The notes beneath the pieces are model-generated. The model worked only from the letters and a program-made list of their open reading frames with translations, was not told the origin of the DNA and did no database searches. From contig JAFXVM010000003.1 of NCBI GenBank assembly GCA_017524525.1, positions 1,836-65,835 of the forward strand: 64,000 bases of DNA, read 5' to 3'. Every line of letters begins with the position of its first letter. Positions within the stretch are counted from its first letter, which is position 1. A program made the translations under genes and the position numbers. Positions 45,647 through 55,382 of this stretch are shown one piece after another. This DNA is from Alphaproteobacteria bacterium. Its GTDB lineage: Bacteria; Pseudomonadota; Alphaproteobacteria; Rs-D84.

Positions 45647-47269
45647 ATGGCAAAAGATATTGTATTTAATACTGATAAATTGGCATCAGGTGTCGATAAA
45701 TTGGCAAATGCTGTAAAAATTACTATGGGGCCAAAGGGTCGCACTGTTGTAATTGAACGCGCTTATGGTGCACCAATCGCAACCAAAGACGGTGTGACTG
45801 TTGCCAAAGAAGTGTCATTAAAAGATCCGGCTGAAAACATCGGCGCAAAAATGATTCAAGAAGTTGCTAAACGCGCTGGCGATTCTGCTGGGGACGGAAC
45901 AACTACTGCGACAGTTTTGGCACAAAACATTTTCAAAGAAGGTCGTCGTGTTATCGCTGCTGGGATGAACCCAATGGATGTAAAGCGCGGCATTGATATT
46001 GCTGTCGAAGCAGTAATCCAAGACATCGAAAAACATGCACGCCCTGTCAAAGATTCTGCTGAAATAGCCCAAGTTGCAACAATCTCTGCGAACAGCGATT
46101 CTGACATTGGTCAAAAGATTGCTGACGCTATGGAAAAAGTTGGCAAAGAAGGTGTTATCACTGTCCAAGAAGCCAAAGGTTTAGATACTGAAATCGATGT
46201 AGTCGAAGGTATGCAATTCGACCAAGGTTTCATGTCGCCCTATTTCGTCACAAACAGCGAAAAAATGTTGGCTGAATTAGATGGCGCTCAAATCTTGGTT
46301 TCTGAAAAGAAAATTACAGGGTTGCAAGCATTACTTCCTATATTAGAACCAATTGCTCAATCGGGACGCCCATTATTGATTATTGCCGAAGACATTGAAA
46401 ACGAAGCATTGGCAACTTTGGTATTGAACCGTTTGCGCGGTGGATTAAAAGTTTGCGCTGTCAAAGCGCCTGGCTTTGGCGACCGTCGCAAAGAAATGTT
46501 AAAAGATATTGCGATTGTCACAGGTGCCACAGTTATATCTGATGATATGGGTATGACTTTTGAAAACATTAATCAATCTGTGTTGGGTTCTGCGAAACGC
46601 GTTATTGTTTCCAAAGATAAAACTTTACTGGTGAACGGAAACGGGGATACCGACGCTATCAAAGCACGTGCTGACGAAATCCGTCAAAACATTTCTACTT
46701 CAACCAGCGAATATGACCGCGAAAAATTACAAGAACGTCTGGCTAAATTGGTTGGTGGCGTCGCAGTTATTCATGTTGGCGGTATGACCGAAGTCGAAGT
46801 CAAAGAAAAGAAAGACCGTGTTGATGACGCGTTGGCTGCAACTCGTGCTGCTGTGGCTGAAGGTATTGTCGCTGGTGGTGGCGTAGCATTGGTTCGCGCT
46901 GTTGAATCTTTGAAAGATTTAAAAGGTGCAAACCCAGACCAAACTGTTGGCATTGACATTATTCGTCGCGCAATCAAAACACCTTGTATGCAGATTGCTG
47001 AAAACGCAGGTGTATCAGGCGAAATCGTCATTGGCAAATTATTGGAAAACAAAGAATATAATTTTGGATACAACGCTCAAACTGGCGAATATATAGATAT
47101 GATGAAAGCCGGCATTATCGACCCAGCCAAAGTTGTTAAAACTGCTATCCAAGCGGCTGCATCAACCGCGGGTGTACTTTTGACAACTGGTGCGGTTATG
47201 TCTGAAATCCCAGAAGAAAAATGTTCTTGTGGCGGACAAAATAATCCAGGCATGCCAGGTATGATGTAA
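45647..47269 (+). CDS. groEL: Chaperonin GroEL
   Basis: 540 aa. [12 protein letters not shown], and a C-terminal GMPGMM tail. Confidence 0.98.
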   Translation: MAKDIVFNTDKLASGVDKLANAVKITMGPKGRTVVIERAYGAPIATKDGVTVAKEVSLKDPAENIGAKMIQEVAKRAGDSAGDGTTTATVLAQNIFKEGRRVIAAGMNPMDVKRGIDIAVEAVIQDIEKHARPVKDSAEIAQVATISANSDSDIGQKIADAMEKVGKEGVITVQEAKGLDTEIDVVEGMQFDQGFMSPYFVTNSEKMLAELDGAQILVSEKKITGLQALLPILEPIAQSGRPLLIIAEDIENEALATLVLNRLRGGLKVCAVKAPGFGDRRKEMLKDIAIVTGATVISDDMGMTFENINQSVLGSAKRVIVSKDKTLLVNGNGDTDAIKARADEIRQNISTSTSEYDREKLQERLAKLVGGVAVIHVGGMTEVEVKEKKDRVDDALAATRAAVAEGIVAGGGVALVRAVESLKDLKGANPDQTVGIDIIRRAIKTPCMQIAENAGVSGEIVIGKLLENKEYNFGYNAQTGEYIDMMKAGIIDPAKVVKTAIQAAASTAGVLLTTGAVMSEIPEEKCSCGGQNNPGMPGMM

Positions 47270-47283
47270 AAAAAAATAAAAAC

Positions 47284-47314
47284 AAAAAATCCCGCACAAC
47301 GCGGGATTTTTTTA
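47284..47314. terminator. Bidirectional intrinsic terminator
   Basis: ATCCCGC-ACAAC-GCGGGAT flanked by an A-run and a T-run. Confidence 0.75.
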
Positions 47315-48076
47315 TTTAACTTTGCTGAACGCTTTTAATAATTGACAGCGACAATATTTTACTTTGTCTTTTTCTTGTTTTTTATTTATCCACATTTTGT
47401 TTTCATCGCCCCCACCGATAACACCATCGATTTTACCGTCTTTGTTAACATATACAAATACAGGCTGATAATTGTTTTGTTTTAAAAACATACTGTCCAC
47501 AGCGACATTAAATTTGACATTAAAATCTTTTTTTATCCATTGAAAAACCGGCACCACACTATTTGCACAAGGCGTCAAATCTTTTTCCATATCGCCAAAA
47601 TACCTGTATCCGTTTTTTACGTAAAAATCAACAGCGCGTCTTAACGGCGTAAGGCTTATTTTATCTGCAATCAAACAGGATGTATTTTCAAAAGCCCTTA
47701 ACAATCTAGAACCTATACCACACTTTTGATATTCGGGCAACACATATAAATGTTCCAAAAAAGCTTCTTTGGAATAAACAGAAAACAATTCACTTGACCG
47801 TTCAAAACAAAAACCTTGGGCAAAACCAACCATTTCTTTTTTATGATACGCAGCAAACGCAAGATTGTGTTGCCAATTATACAAATTTCTTTGATAATCG
47901 TATAAATGACTTTGCCTTTCTTCTTCTTTGGAACACAAATTTCTAAATTTACCAGTAAAGGATCTTATTATTTCTGCATCACAGGCAAATTCAATATTTA
48001 TAAAATCATCCCAAACGCCTTTGACAGATTGGTTAAAAATTGGAACTATATCAATTTTTTTATTGTTCTTTACCAT
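47312..48076 (-). CDS. GNAT-family N-acetyltransferase domain protein
   Basis: Motif A LYVLPEYQKCGIGSRLL. Start set at MVKNNKK to avoid overlap with the divergent gene. Confidence 0.65.
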   Translation of the reverse strand: MVKNNKKIDIVPIFNQSVKGVWDDFINIEFACDAEIIRSFTGKFRNLCSKEEERQSHLYDYQRNLYNWQHNLAFAAYHKKEMVGFAQGFCFERSSELFSVYSKEAFLEHLYVLPEYQKCGIGSRLLRAFENTSCLIADKISLTPLRRAVDFYVKNGYRYFGDMEKDLTPCANSVVPVFQWIKKDFNVKFNVAVDSMFLKQNNYQPVFVYVNKDGKIDGVIGGGDENKMWINKKQEKDKVKYCRCQLLKAFSKVK

Positions 48077-48177
48077 CGACAAAATTTTAAAACTGTCAAC
48101 ACAATTTGTCAAGAAACATCTTAAAATTTGCAAAACGGCTTTTTTCTGGTAAAATTTTCTTATACAAAAGGAAAAAT

Positions 48178-48939
48178 ATGTATAAAACTTTCAGGAAAGT
48201 TTGGAAAAAATTTTGGACTCCAATATTGCACAACTCTGTTATACAATGGATATTAGCATTGATTCTGGCGGGAATAACTTGGTTTGTATTTTTAACTTCG
48301 AAACATAAATTCACAAACACAGATTCTTTAAAACGATATAGAAAAAATCCAGTAATATTTGTATTTTTTCATGGGCGTTGCGCTATGCTGTCGCCTATGA
48401 TAAAAAGCGCAAGAATAAAAGGATGTTGTATATCTTCGCGCCACAAAGACGGACACATGATGGCGCGCCTGCAAAGACTGTTCGGCATGATCGCAATTTA
48501 TGGTTCAACATCATCAGGCGCAGTATCAGTTCTTCGCGAAGGCGTTCGCATAATCCGCGACAAGAAACTTTCTATGTGTATCAGTGTTGATGGTCCTTCT
48601 GGTCCATCTCTGCGGTTGCAAGATGGTGCGCTTTATTTTGCCCGCATGACAGGTGCACCTGTTGTACCAGTTTGTTTTTCATGTTCAAAACCAATTTATC
48701 TGGACAGATGGGATAAATTTATGATACCGAAATTATTCGGGACAATATCTGTGAATATCGGGGAACCTATCTATATTGATTCCAAATTGCACGGCGAAGA
48801 ATTCGAAAAAAAACGTATTGAAATAGAAGAAATTATGATAAAACAATTGCGCCACATGGACCAAGAGTTTAATTTACCAGAAACCCCCTGCGACCTTAAT
48901 GCCACAGATTATAAAAAACAAAGACGCACAAAGAAATAA
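48178..48939 (+). CDS. DUF374 lysophospholipid-acyltransferase-like protein
   Basis: The ATG at 48178 follows AAAGGAAAAA. SSRHKDGHMMA...YGSTSSGAVSVLRE...SVDGPSGPSLRLQDGALYFARMTGAPVVPV matches the DUF374 pattern. Confidence 0.75.
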   Translation: MYKTFRKVWKKFWTPILHNSVIQWILALILAGITWFVFLTSKHKFTNTDSLKRYRKNPVIFVFFHGRCAMLSPMIKSARIKGCCISSRHKDGHMMARLQRLFGMIAIYGSTSSGAVSVLREGVRIIRDKKLSMCISVDGPSGPSLRLQDGALYFARMTGAPVVPVCFSCSKPIYLDRWDKFMIPKLFGTISVNIGEPIYIDSKLHGEEFEKKRIEIEEIMIKQLRHMDQEFNLPETPCDLNATDYKKQRRTKK

Positions 48940-48942
48940 AAC

Positions 48943-48978
48943 AAAAAAAAGGGTCACAAAAACTTGTGACCCTTTTAA
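48943..48978. terminator. Bidirectional intrinsic terminator
   Basis: GGGTCACAA-AAAC-TTGTGACCC flanked by an A-run and a T-run. Confidence 0.75.
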
Positions 48979-48994
48979 TTTATTTGGTAATTGA

Positions 48995-51900
48995 TTAGAA
49001 ATTATATCTAAATTTCAACATACCTGTTTGAGATGTATAATCTTTGCGGACATCAATATCATAGTTGATAGAGAAATCAAATCCACGATATTTCATACCC
49101 AAACCGATACCGAATTCGCCACCGAATCTGGATAATCTTTCAACATCCAAAGTATATGCATCTACACCTGGCATTGTAATAGTTGCAACATTTTTATCTG
49201 ACAACATATCGTATTTTATCGCCGCATTTAATTGTGGGATAAATGTTGTATATCTGTCAGCAATTACACTGAACGCATATTTTGCACCCAAAACGCCAGT
49301 CAAGAAATTTGTATTATCAGACTTTGTTTTGACCCCCAAAGAATTGGTATAATCGTCAGCCATTACATGCATATAACGCAATCCCAATTCTGGAGTTAAA
49401 CCGAAATCTAAATCATACCCAGTTGCAACACTCATTCCAAATGAATCTACATCGAAATCAGCAGTCACAGGTGTTCCCATTGCATCACCCTCTTCTGAAT
49501 AATCAGACATAGTGTAATGTGCAACGGCGTTCACATACCATGCTGCCGGTTTATATTGACCATAAAGGAATACAGTGTTGCTGTCGATTTCTGTATCACG
49601 CACAGAACCAGAGATATCAGAATGAGCATAAGAATAACCTGCCCCCACTGTCCAAACTCTGTTCATTGTGCCATCTAACCCAGCAGCGATTCCACGAGTA
49701 TAACCGCGGAAAGCGTCGTTTTGTTTTGATTTGTTGAACAAACCTTGCGCCCAAACACCACCACTGGTCATTGTGATATCACCACCATTACGTCCAATAG
49801 TTGGCGCAGCCATACGTGCAGATGCCAAATTTGCTACAGTTGTTTGAACTGAACTTGCCACAGATTGAGTGACAGATTCTTTTTCTGGATGAACAGCTTT
49901 GGCTGCATGTTCCACTTCATGTTTTGCTTCTGGTGTTCCTTCTGCCAATTTTTCTTGGATTTTAACACCCAAATCATTCAGCTTTTCAGAAGTAGATGCA
50001 TTCAAACCAACAATCGCTTTGGCTGCATCTTGTTCGATATCATTTTGTTCAGCAATATCAGCAGCAGATTTCATCGTTGCAATCAAATCTTTGTTGCCTT
50101 CTGCCCAAGTGATATCATACACAGAACTTGTTGCATCGATACCAGCCGCTCTGAACGCAGCATCACCGAACACATGATAAGTTCCTTCGCCTGCAAAAGA
50201 CAATTTCAAAGTTCCATTACCATCGAAAGTTCCTGCTGTGATTTGAGCATCACCATTACGCAAAGTCGCCAACATTGTCCCGTCCAATGTAATGGTTCCC
50301 TGTTCTATCGTTGAAGTACCGACATTCAAAGTTGCACCATTTGCAATTGACAATGTTCCATCACCAGTAATACCACCATCCATTGTGGTTGTCCCACTTA
50401 ACACATTCACAATCCCAAGATTATGAATATCATTGGCGATACCATTTGCCATATTACCCGAGAAAACCAAATCACCAGCAAAGTTAACTACAGCAGCCCC
50501 TTTGTTGTAAATAGCGCCACCTGCCAAAGTTGCTGTGTTGTTCGAAAACACGCCACTATTGAAAGTCGCGACTGCAACCCCATGATTTACCAGAGCTCCG
50601 CCGATTCCATCTGTTACATTTGCTTTATTACCACTAAATGTTACATTTGAACCAAATATAATATTACTGTTTCCATTATAGATTGCAGTACCTGTATTAT
50701 CTGCAAAAACAGCATTTTTACCTATTGTTACATCATCACCATATAACCTAATGGCAGCAGCTCCAGTAGCACTAGTAATTGCATTATTAATGAATTTTGC
50801 ATTATCACCGATTGTAACCGTCGAATTACCAGCACCAGTACTTGATGTTCTTATCCCAGCAGCTTTTTGAGATGAGTTTCCGCTAAATTCAACATTGTCC
50901 CCAATAGTGACATTATTCGCATTCAAGAAATATACATTACCAAAAGGCGAATAATTATTTGTAAATTTAACATTATCGCCAATAGTAACAGTTCTGGTTG
51001 CGCCGGTACCTTCTGAATAAATTGCAGCACCCATTTCAGAACCGCCAGATGTGACATCTAAATCCCCTTCTTTTATAAATGCTTTGTTATTATCAAATGT
51101 CACATTATTACCGATGGTTAAATTACCATAGTTCGCAATAGCTCCACCTTCTACATTTGCATAGTTCCCAGCAAAAGTTGCGCCATCACTTACAGTAATC
51201 ATACCATTATTATATATGGCACCACCATGGAAAGCAGTATTGTTATCAAATCTACCGCCAACTGTTAAGGTTCCACTATTATATATGGCTCCGCCTTTAC
51301 CATCAGCGTAAGTTGCCAATGTGTTTTGTGAATTTGGTGTATAAATTCCATTGGCTTTATTACCAGAAAATACCCCGTTTACCAATGTCATAGTATCCGC
51401 GTTAAATATCGCACCACCATTACGACCAGCTGTATTACCAGTGAATGTTGTTGCACCGTTTATAACAAAATCAGCACGACCCACCGTATTGCCTTTTGGT
51501 GCCACACTATTCCAAATAGCACCACCATCTAAATCTGCATGGTTAGTTGTAAATGTTGTTGTTCCGTTAATTGTAACATCAGAATCTTGATTTTGCCCAT
51601 CATATGCACGTGCAACAATCGCGCCACCATGTGCTTTTGATGTATTCGACGTAAATTCATTTGTTCCATTTGTTACACCAATAACCAATGTCGCAGTACC
51701 TGCTTGACCACGGTTATGAATCGCACCACCACCACTTTTTGTAGCGCCAGTATCTTTTGCTTGGTTACCTGTGAAAATATTTTCATTACCTAAAACACTC
51801 AAATCACCAGCATTAAATATCGCCCCACCATAACCAGCATTAGCAATATTATCAATGAAAGAAACTTTGTTCGCTGTGAATGTAACGGTTCCCCCGTTAT

Positions 51901-52993
51901 CAAACGCACCAGCAGAACTTATTGTTGTATTTTCCTCAAACAACACATTACCATTTGTATTAACTGTCACAGTACCAGCATTTTTTAATCCGCCACCGTT
52001 ACCACCTGTATTGCTTGTAAAAACAAAATTACCTCCATTTAAACTGATACTGCTATCGGCGGCATTTATCAAAGAACCATTCGCGGCACCATTTGTATTA
52101 TGATTAAATGTTGCACCATTGTTAAAGACAATATGATTGTTACTGCCGTTCGTCATCAATGTACCAGTACCAATATTGTCTTCAAACGTTGCAGCACCAT
52201 TAAATGTAATATCACTAGCACCAGTAGCAAATATAGCAGAAGCGGAAGACGCTTCATTTTCTGTAAACGTTGCTGTGTCATCAAATGTTATATGCCCCCC
52301 CATAGCAGCTATCGCACCACCACTAGAAGACGCAGTATTTGCATTAAACGTTGCGACATCATTAAACACCATATCACCCGTTGAAATTATTGCGCCCCCT
52401 TTGGATGCAGAAGTATTTTGACTGAAACTTGCAACATCATCAAAAACTATCATGCCACCATGGTGATGAATCGCACCACCGCCTATTATGTCAGCATTCA
52501 TAGAACCTGTTGCAGAATTTCCTGCGAAAGTTACAGCTTCATTAAATTTGATATCTGGCGATTCTAAATTTCCAAGACCATAATTAAATATCGCACCGGC
52601 ACCATTTGCACTATTTGAGGTGTTATTTGTGAATGTTGTAACGCCATTAAAAACAATTTTTCCACCAGGTGTATATTCTGGATATACATTAACATCATGT
52701 GTTGACAGCCAACCACTTCCTATTGCTCCACCCATACCACCATTTATCAACGAATTTCCTGTGAATGAGGTTGTTCCATTGAATGTCAAGGTAACATCCT
52801 GAACATCTTCCATATAAAACACGGCACCATTATTAGCAGTAGATTCTGCAATATTAGAAGCTGTTAAATTATCATATGTAGTGTTATCTGTAATAACATG
52901 TCTAGAATCTACAGTATCCGCCATCGCAGGCATGATTGCCAATGCTGGTAATACAGAAACACCCATTAAAAAATTGTGAAATTTTTTATTCAT
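48995..52993 (-). CDS. Autotransporter with a polymorphic-membrane-protein (Pmp-type GGA[ILV]/FxxN) repeat passenger
   Basis: Start set at MNKKFHNF (AAAGGAG upstream). Signal peptide ...MPAMA. More than 15 GGAI and more than 20 F-x-x-N motifs in register. C-terminal beta-barrel ending KFRYNF. Confidence 0.9.
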   Translation of the reverse strand: MNKKFHNFLMGVSVLPALAIMPAMADTVDSRHVITDNTTYDNLTASNIAESTANNGAVFYMEDVQDVTLTFNGTTSFTGNSLINGGMGGAIGSGWLSTHDVNVYPEYTPGGKIVFNGVTTFTNNTSNSANGAGAIFNYGLGNLESPDIKFNEAVTFAGNSATGSMNADIIGGGAIHHHGGMIVFDDVASFSQNTSASKGGAIISTGDMVFNDVATFNANTASSSGGAIAAMGGHITFDDTATFTENEASSASAIFATGASDITFNGAATFEDNIGTGTLMTNGSNNHIVFNNGATFNHNTNGAANGSLINAADSSISLNGGNFVFTSNTGGNGGGLKNAGTVTVNTNGNVLFEENTTISSAGAFDNGGTVTFTANKVSFIDNIANAGYGGAIFNAGDLSVLGNENIFTGNQAKDTGATKSGGGAIHNRGQAGTATLVIGVTNGTNEFTSNTSKAHGGAIVARAYDGQNQDSDVTINGTTTFTTNHADLDGGAIWNSVAPKGNTVGRADFVINGATTFTGNTAGRNGGAIFNADTMTLVNGVFSGNKANGIYTPNSQNTLATYADGKGGAIYNSGTLTVGGRFDNNTAFHGGAIYNNGMITVSDGATFAGNYANVEGGAIANYGNLTIGNNVTFDNNKAFIKEGDLDVTSGGSEMGAAIYSEGTGATRTVTIGDNVKFTNNYSPFGNVYFLNANNVTIGDNVEFSGNSSQKAAGIRTSSTGAGNSTVTIGDNAKFINNAITSATGAAAIRLYGDDVTIGKNAVFADNTGTAIYNGNSNIIFGSNVTFSGNKANVTDGIGGALVNHGVAVATFNSGVFSNNTATLAGGAIYNKGAAVVNFAGDLVFSGNMANGIANDIHNLGIVNVLSGTTTMDGGITGDGTLSIANGATLNVGTSTIEQGTITLDGTMLATLRNGDAQITAGTFDGNGTLKLSFAGEGTYHVFGDAAFRAAGIDATSSVYDITWAEGNKDLIATMKSAADIAEQNDIEQDAAKAIVGLNASTSEKLNDLGVKIQEKLAEGTPEAKHEVEHAAKAVHPEKESVTQSVASSVQTTVANLASARMAAPTIGRNGGDITMTSGGVWAQGLFNKSKQNDAFRGYTRGIAAGLDGTMNRVWTVGAGYSYAHSDISGSVRDTEIDSNTVFLYGQYKPAAWYVNAVAHYTMSDYSEEGDAMGTPVTADFDVDSFGMSVATGYDLDFGLTPELGLRYMHVMADDYTNSLGVKTKSDNTNFLTGVLGAKYAFSVIADRYTTFIPQLNAAIKYDMLSDKNVATITMPGVDAYTLDVERLSRFGGEFGIGLGMKYRGFDFSINYDIDVRKDYTSQTGMLKFRYNF

Positions 52994-53062
52994 TATGAAA
53001 ACTCCTTTCTTCATACGATTGGAATCGTATTACATTATTTTTACATTGTCAATCTGCGGCAT

Positions 53063-53106
53063 AAAAAAAACACTAATAAATTATGAAACTTATTAGTGTT
53101 TTTTAT
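53063..53106 (-). terminator. Intrinsic terminator after the 53133 gene
   Basis: CACTAATAA/TTATTAGTG stem flanked by an A-run and a T-run. Confidence 0.6.
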
Positions 53107-53132
53107 TCCTAGTTTATTTTTCAAGATTATTT

Positions 53133-53864
53133 TTAACTTTTCTTGAAATACAATTTCGCATATTCAGCAATTACATTAATCATAATTTGACGATAGCCAA
53201 ATTTGTCCCAATTATGCGAAGACACATACAAAGACGGTCTAAAATCTGCGAACTTGGTATTTTCCCAATCTATAAAGAAAGTAATATCAAAAGTTTTTGT
53301 ATCCAGCATAAAGTTTTGCCAAATATCATCCTGACACCAGCCATACAAAAAGCCAGGTCTATCAGATTGATTTGGTTTCAAATCACGAATTTCGATTGGG
53401 TCTTGTTTTCCAATCACATACAAAAAATTAGCAATTTGTTTTGCAATATGTTCACTGTGTTCTGCAATTACCTTTGGTGAAACATCAGTTAACAAAGTCC
53501 CTTTGGCAAATTCATATTTTCTTATGTAAATATTCTTATAAGGAATTACTTTTACCAAAGGAATTTTAATTGGTGAAATTCCATAAAACGCATCAACGAT
53601 TCTTTTTTCACGAATCGAAACATCTTTGCCATCAGTCAACAAAGGAAATTTGAAAACATGTTTATTATTCAAAATCACGATAAAATTTTTGCATCCATAT
53701 CCAACAACTGTTCTTATCTTTTTCTTTTCCATATTACGTGCGAATTTACAAACATATCGAACATAGTCCCGCGTTTGCGGAAAACGAATCCGCGTGCGCA
53801 CTTTGTCACGTAAACGCTTAGACCAAATAAAACCACAAATTATATTAGATATAAGATGTCGCAT
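53133..53864 (-). CDS. Phosphotransferase (APH/choline-kinase fold)-like protein
   Basis: QDDIWQNFML followed by FIDWENT resembles the HxDxxxxN ... IDWE catalytic/Mg loop pair, with Gln in place of His. Confidence 0.4.
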   Translation of the reverse strand: MRHLISNIICGFIWSKRLRDKVRTRIRFPQTRDYVRYVCKFARNMEKKKIRTVVGYGCKNFIVILNNKHVFKFPLLTDGKDVSIREKRIVDAFYGISPIKIPLVKVIPYKNIYIRKYEFAKGTLLTDVSPKVIAEHSEHIAKQIANFLYVIGKQDPIEIRDLKPNQSDRPGFLYGWCQDDIWQNFMLDTKTFDITFFIDWENTKFADFRPSLYVSSHNWDKFGYRQIMINVIAEYAKLYFKKS

Positions 53865-53937
53865 AATTCACCTTTTATTTTGCTGAATATAATCATAGGA
53901 CAAAAAACACACATATGCAAACTAAATTAGTTTTTAA

Positions 53938-53965
53938 TTGAAAAAACAAATAAATCATATATAAT
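53938..53965 (+). promoter_or_regulatory. Sigma70-like promoter of tRNA-Gln
   Basis: TTGAAA, 16 nt spacer, TATAAT, ending 12 nt before the tRNA 5' end. Same geometry as the tRNA-Pro promoter. Confidence 0.5.
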
Positions 53966-53977
53966 ACGGAAACGAAT

Positions 53978-54051
53978 TGGGGTATAGTTTAATGGTAGAA
54001 CAGCAGACTCTGACTCTGTATATCGCGGTTCGAGTCCGTGTACCCCAACCA
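53978..54051 (+). tRNA. tRNA-Gln (anticodon CUG), CCA encoded
   Basis: Hand-folded: TGGGGTA/TACCCCA acceptor, GCAGA-CTCTGAC-TCTGT anticodon arm, CGCGG-TTCGAGT-CCGTG T arm, then ACCA. Confidence 0.9.
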
Positions 54052-54267
54052 AAAATTCAAGCACCCTTTTGGGTGTTTTAATTTTTGGTTATTTGGGCGT
54101 AACGAGACGAGAACCGCAGGTTCGACAAGCAGTAGATTTTGGAAGTGCAACGCACCAAAATCGTTACGATTGCCACGCAAGCGAGTACGCAGATGAACGA
54201 TTAAGAAAATTTACAAAAATCGAAGTTCACGAAATTTTTTTTATTTTATTTATTGTTTATCAAGGCA
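54052..54267 (+). repeat. tRNA-proximal ~0.2 kb module, copy 2 (homologous to 25196-25398)
   Basis: aaaattcaa-hairpin-ttttaatttt. Inverted degenerate copy of the tRNA-Gln 3' half at 54093-54117 (18/25). Core tacgcagatgaacgattaa at 54186-54204. End ttattgtttatcaagg at 54250-54265. Confidence 0.75.
54059..54085 (+). terminator. Intrinsic terminator after tRNA-Gln
   Basis: CACCC-TTTT-GGGTG followed by TTTTAATTTTT. Confidence 0.7.
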
Positions 54268-54283
54268 CCGTGTACCCCAACCA
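54268..54283 (+). repeat. 16-nt direct repeat of the tRNA-Gln 3' end (att-like)
   Basis: ccgtgtaccccaacca is identical to 54036-54051. Confidence 0.85.
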
Positions 54284-54311
54284 CACTTCGCGTCTGCGAC
54301 GCTTCGTGTGG
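54281..54311 (+). other. Perfect compound hairpin
   Basis: CCACAC-TTC-GCGTC-TGC-GACGC-TTC-GTGTGG. Confidence 0.6.
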
Positions 54312-54349
54312 CAGCCCACGCGGACGGAGCAGTTATCACGAAGTAGTGT

Positions 54350-54373
54350 CACACGAAGTTTTAACGAAGTGTG
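54350..54373 (+). repeat. Stem-loop with conserved 14-nt loop GAAGTTTTAACGAA (copy 2)
   Basis: CACAC-gaagttttaacgaa-GTGTG. The stem covaries relative to the copy at 11060-11085. Confidence 0.6.
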
Positions 54374-54387
54374 GCGGACATAAGCAA

Positions 54388-54487
54388 CCGTTCGTTTCAG
54401 AGCGGGTTTTTGTTTGTTTTCTAATACTTTCACCGAGTTCGAAAGTTAAAATTAAAAAAGTGGCGATTTTTCGCCACTTTCGAACTC
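54388..54487. repeat. Terminator-associated repeat, copy C
   Basis: Hairpin CCGTTC/GAGCGG plus a T-run, spacer ttttctaatactttcacc, and long-range stem gagttcgaaag...ctttcgaactc enclosing hairpin GTGGCGA/TCGCCAC. Confidence 0.7.
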
Positions 54488-54498
54488 TTTATAAAATA

Positions 54499-54957
54499 TC
54501 ATTTTCTAAAAGGCACATTTGCACTCCATTCTTTACCTTTGTATTCTTGTTTTACTGGTTCACAATAATATCCAACGCCAGAATTGTATTTTTCAAAAGA
54601 AATATCATATTGAACTATCATATGTTTTTTTGAATCTAAAGCCATAGATAATTTTGCTTCTTTTGTTGTGCCTGGTAATATTCCTTTGTATTCTAATAAA
54701 TAATAACCTGGTTCATATTCTTCATTTTTTATTTGTGTAAAAATTTCTGTTTGTTTGTCTATAGAAACTTCTGCTTTATCAGAATATGTTTTTACGTTGA
54801 CGATAACAGGGATTTTATTTTTTGAAGAATTTGTCATGCCTTCTTCCATATATGTTTTATAATCATAATCTATATCACATTTTAGTTCTGCTTCTGATGA
54901 AGGTCTGTTACATGCTGCCAATGCCAACAACATGGGTAAAATAAGTAATTTTTTCAT
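54499..54957 (-). CDS. Lipoprotein, unknown function
   Basis: Lipobox LALAAC. 152 aa. RBS AAAGGAG upstream. Confidence 0.65.
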   Translation of the reverse strand: MKKLLILPMLLALAACNRPSSEAELKCDIDYDYKTYMEEGMTNSSKNKIPVIVNVKTYSDKAEVSIDKQTEIFTQIKNEEYEPGYYLLEYKGILPGTTKEAKLSMALDSKKHMIVQYDISFEKYNSGVGYYCEPVKQEYKGKEWSANVPFRK

Positions 54958-55183
54958 AAAAACTCCTTTCTATTCACGAAAAATTATATCATAGATTGTT
55001 AGTTAACACAAATTTATTTATTCTAAAACATCTTTCATCCCATCAATCTCTTGTCCGATTTGTATCAATTCGGCTCGCGAATTGTGCAGACAGCACAATA
55101 AAAAATTCACCTTGCTGGAATTTTAAAAAATAGTACAATGTATTCAAGCACAACAAAAATATACTAACAAAGGAAGGTTTTAT

Positions 55184-55360
55184 ATGAATTCTTATGACCA
55201 AGCCGTTAATTTAGTAAAAACAACAAAAAACGCGACCATATCTTTTCTTCAACGCAATTTGAATATCAGTTATAACAAAGCCGCTGAATATTTAAACCAA
55301 ATGGAAAAAGCGGGTATTGTTTCACCAATGAATGCCGAATTCAAAAGAACTGTTCTTTAA
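55184..55360 (+). CDS. Stand-alone FtsK-gamma-like winged-helix DNA-binding protein (58 aa)
   Basis: Not in the ORF track (<60 aa). RBS AAGGAAGG. ATISFLQRNLNISYNKAAEYLNQMEKAGIVSPMNAEFKRTVL matches the FtsK gamma pattern S-x-LQR-x-L-x-IGYNRAA-x-L-x3-E-x2-GIV...R-x-VL. Confidence 0.65.
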   Translation: MNSYDQAVNLVKTTKNATISFLQRNLNISYNKAAEYLNQMEKAGIVSPMNAEFKRTVL

Positions 55361-55382
55361 AATCAACCAAGAGGGAACAAAC

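Noticed and set aside
48995-52993. Periodic DNA repeats inside the large minus-strand gene considered as a CRISPR array or other non-coding tandem array
   Set aside because: - The repeats are diverged and in frame.
- They translate into the GGAI/FxxN Pmp motif within one continuous 1,339-codon ORF.
- There are no unique spacers or a leader.
54069-54383. 104-aa ORF in the track spanning the tRNA-Gln trailer
   Set aside because: - It starts at a TTG inside the terminator hairpin, with no RBS and no internal ATG.
- It runs through the att-like repeat and the structured hairpins.
- Only its central ~35 codons resemble the tRNA-Pro mini-ORF.

It is treated as non-coding or pseudogenic sequence and is discussed in the findings.
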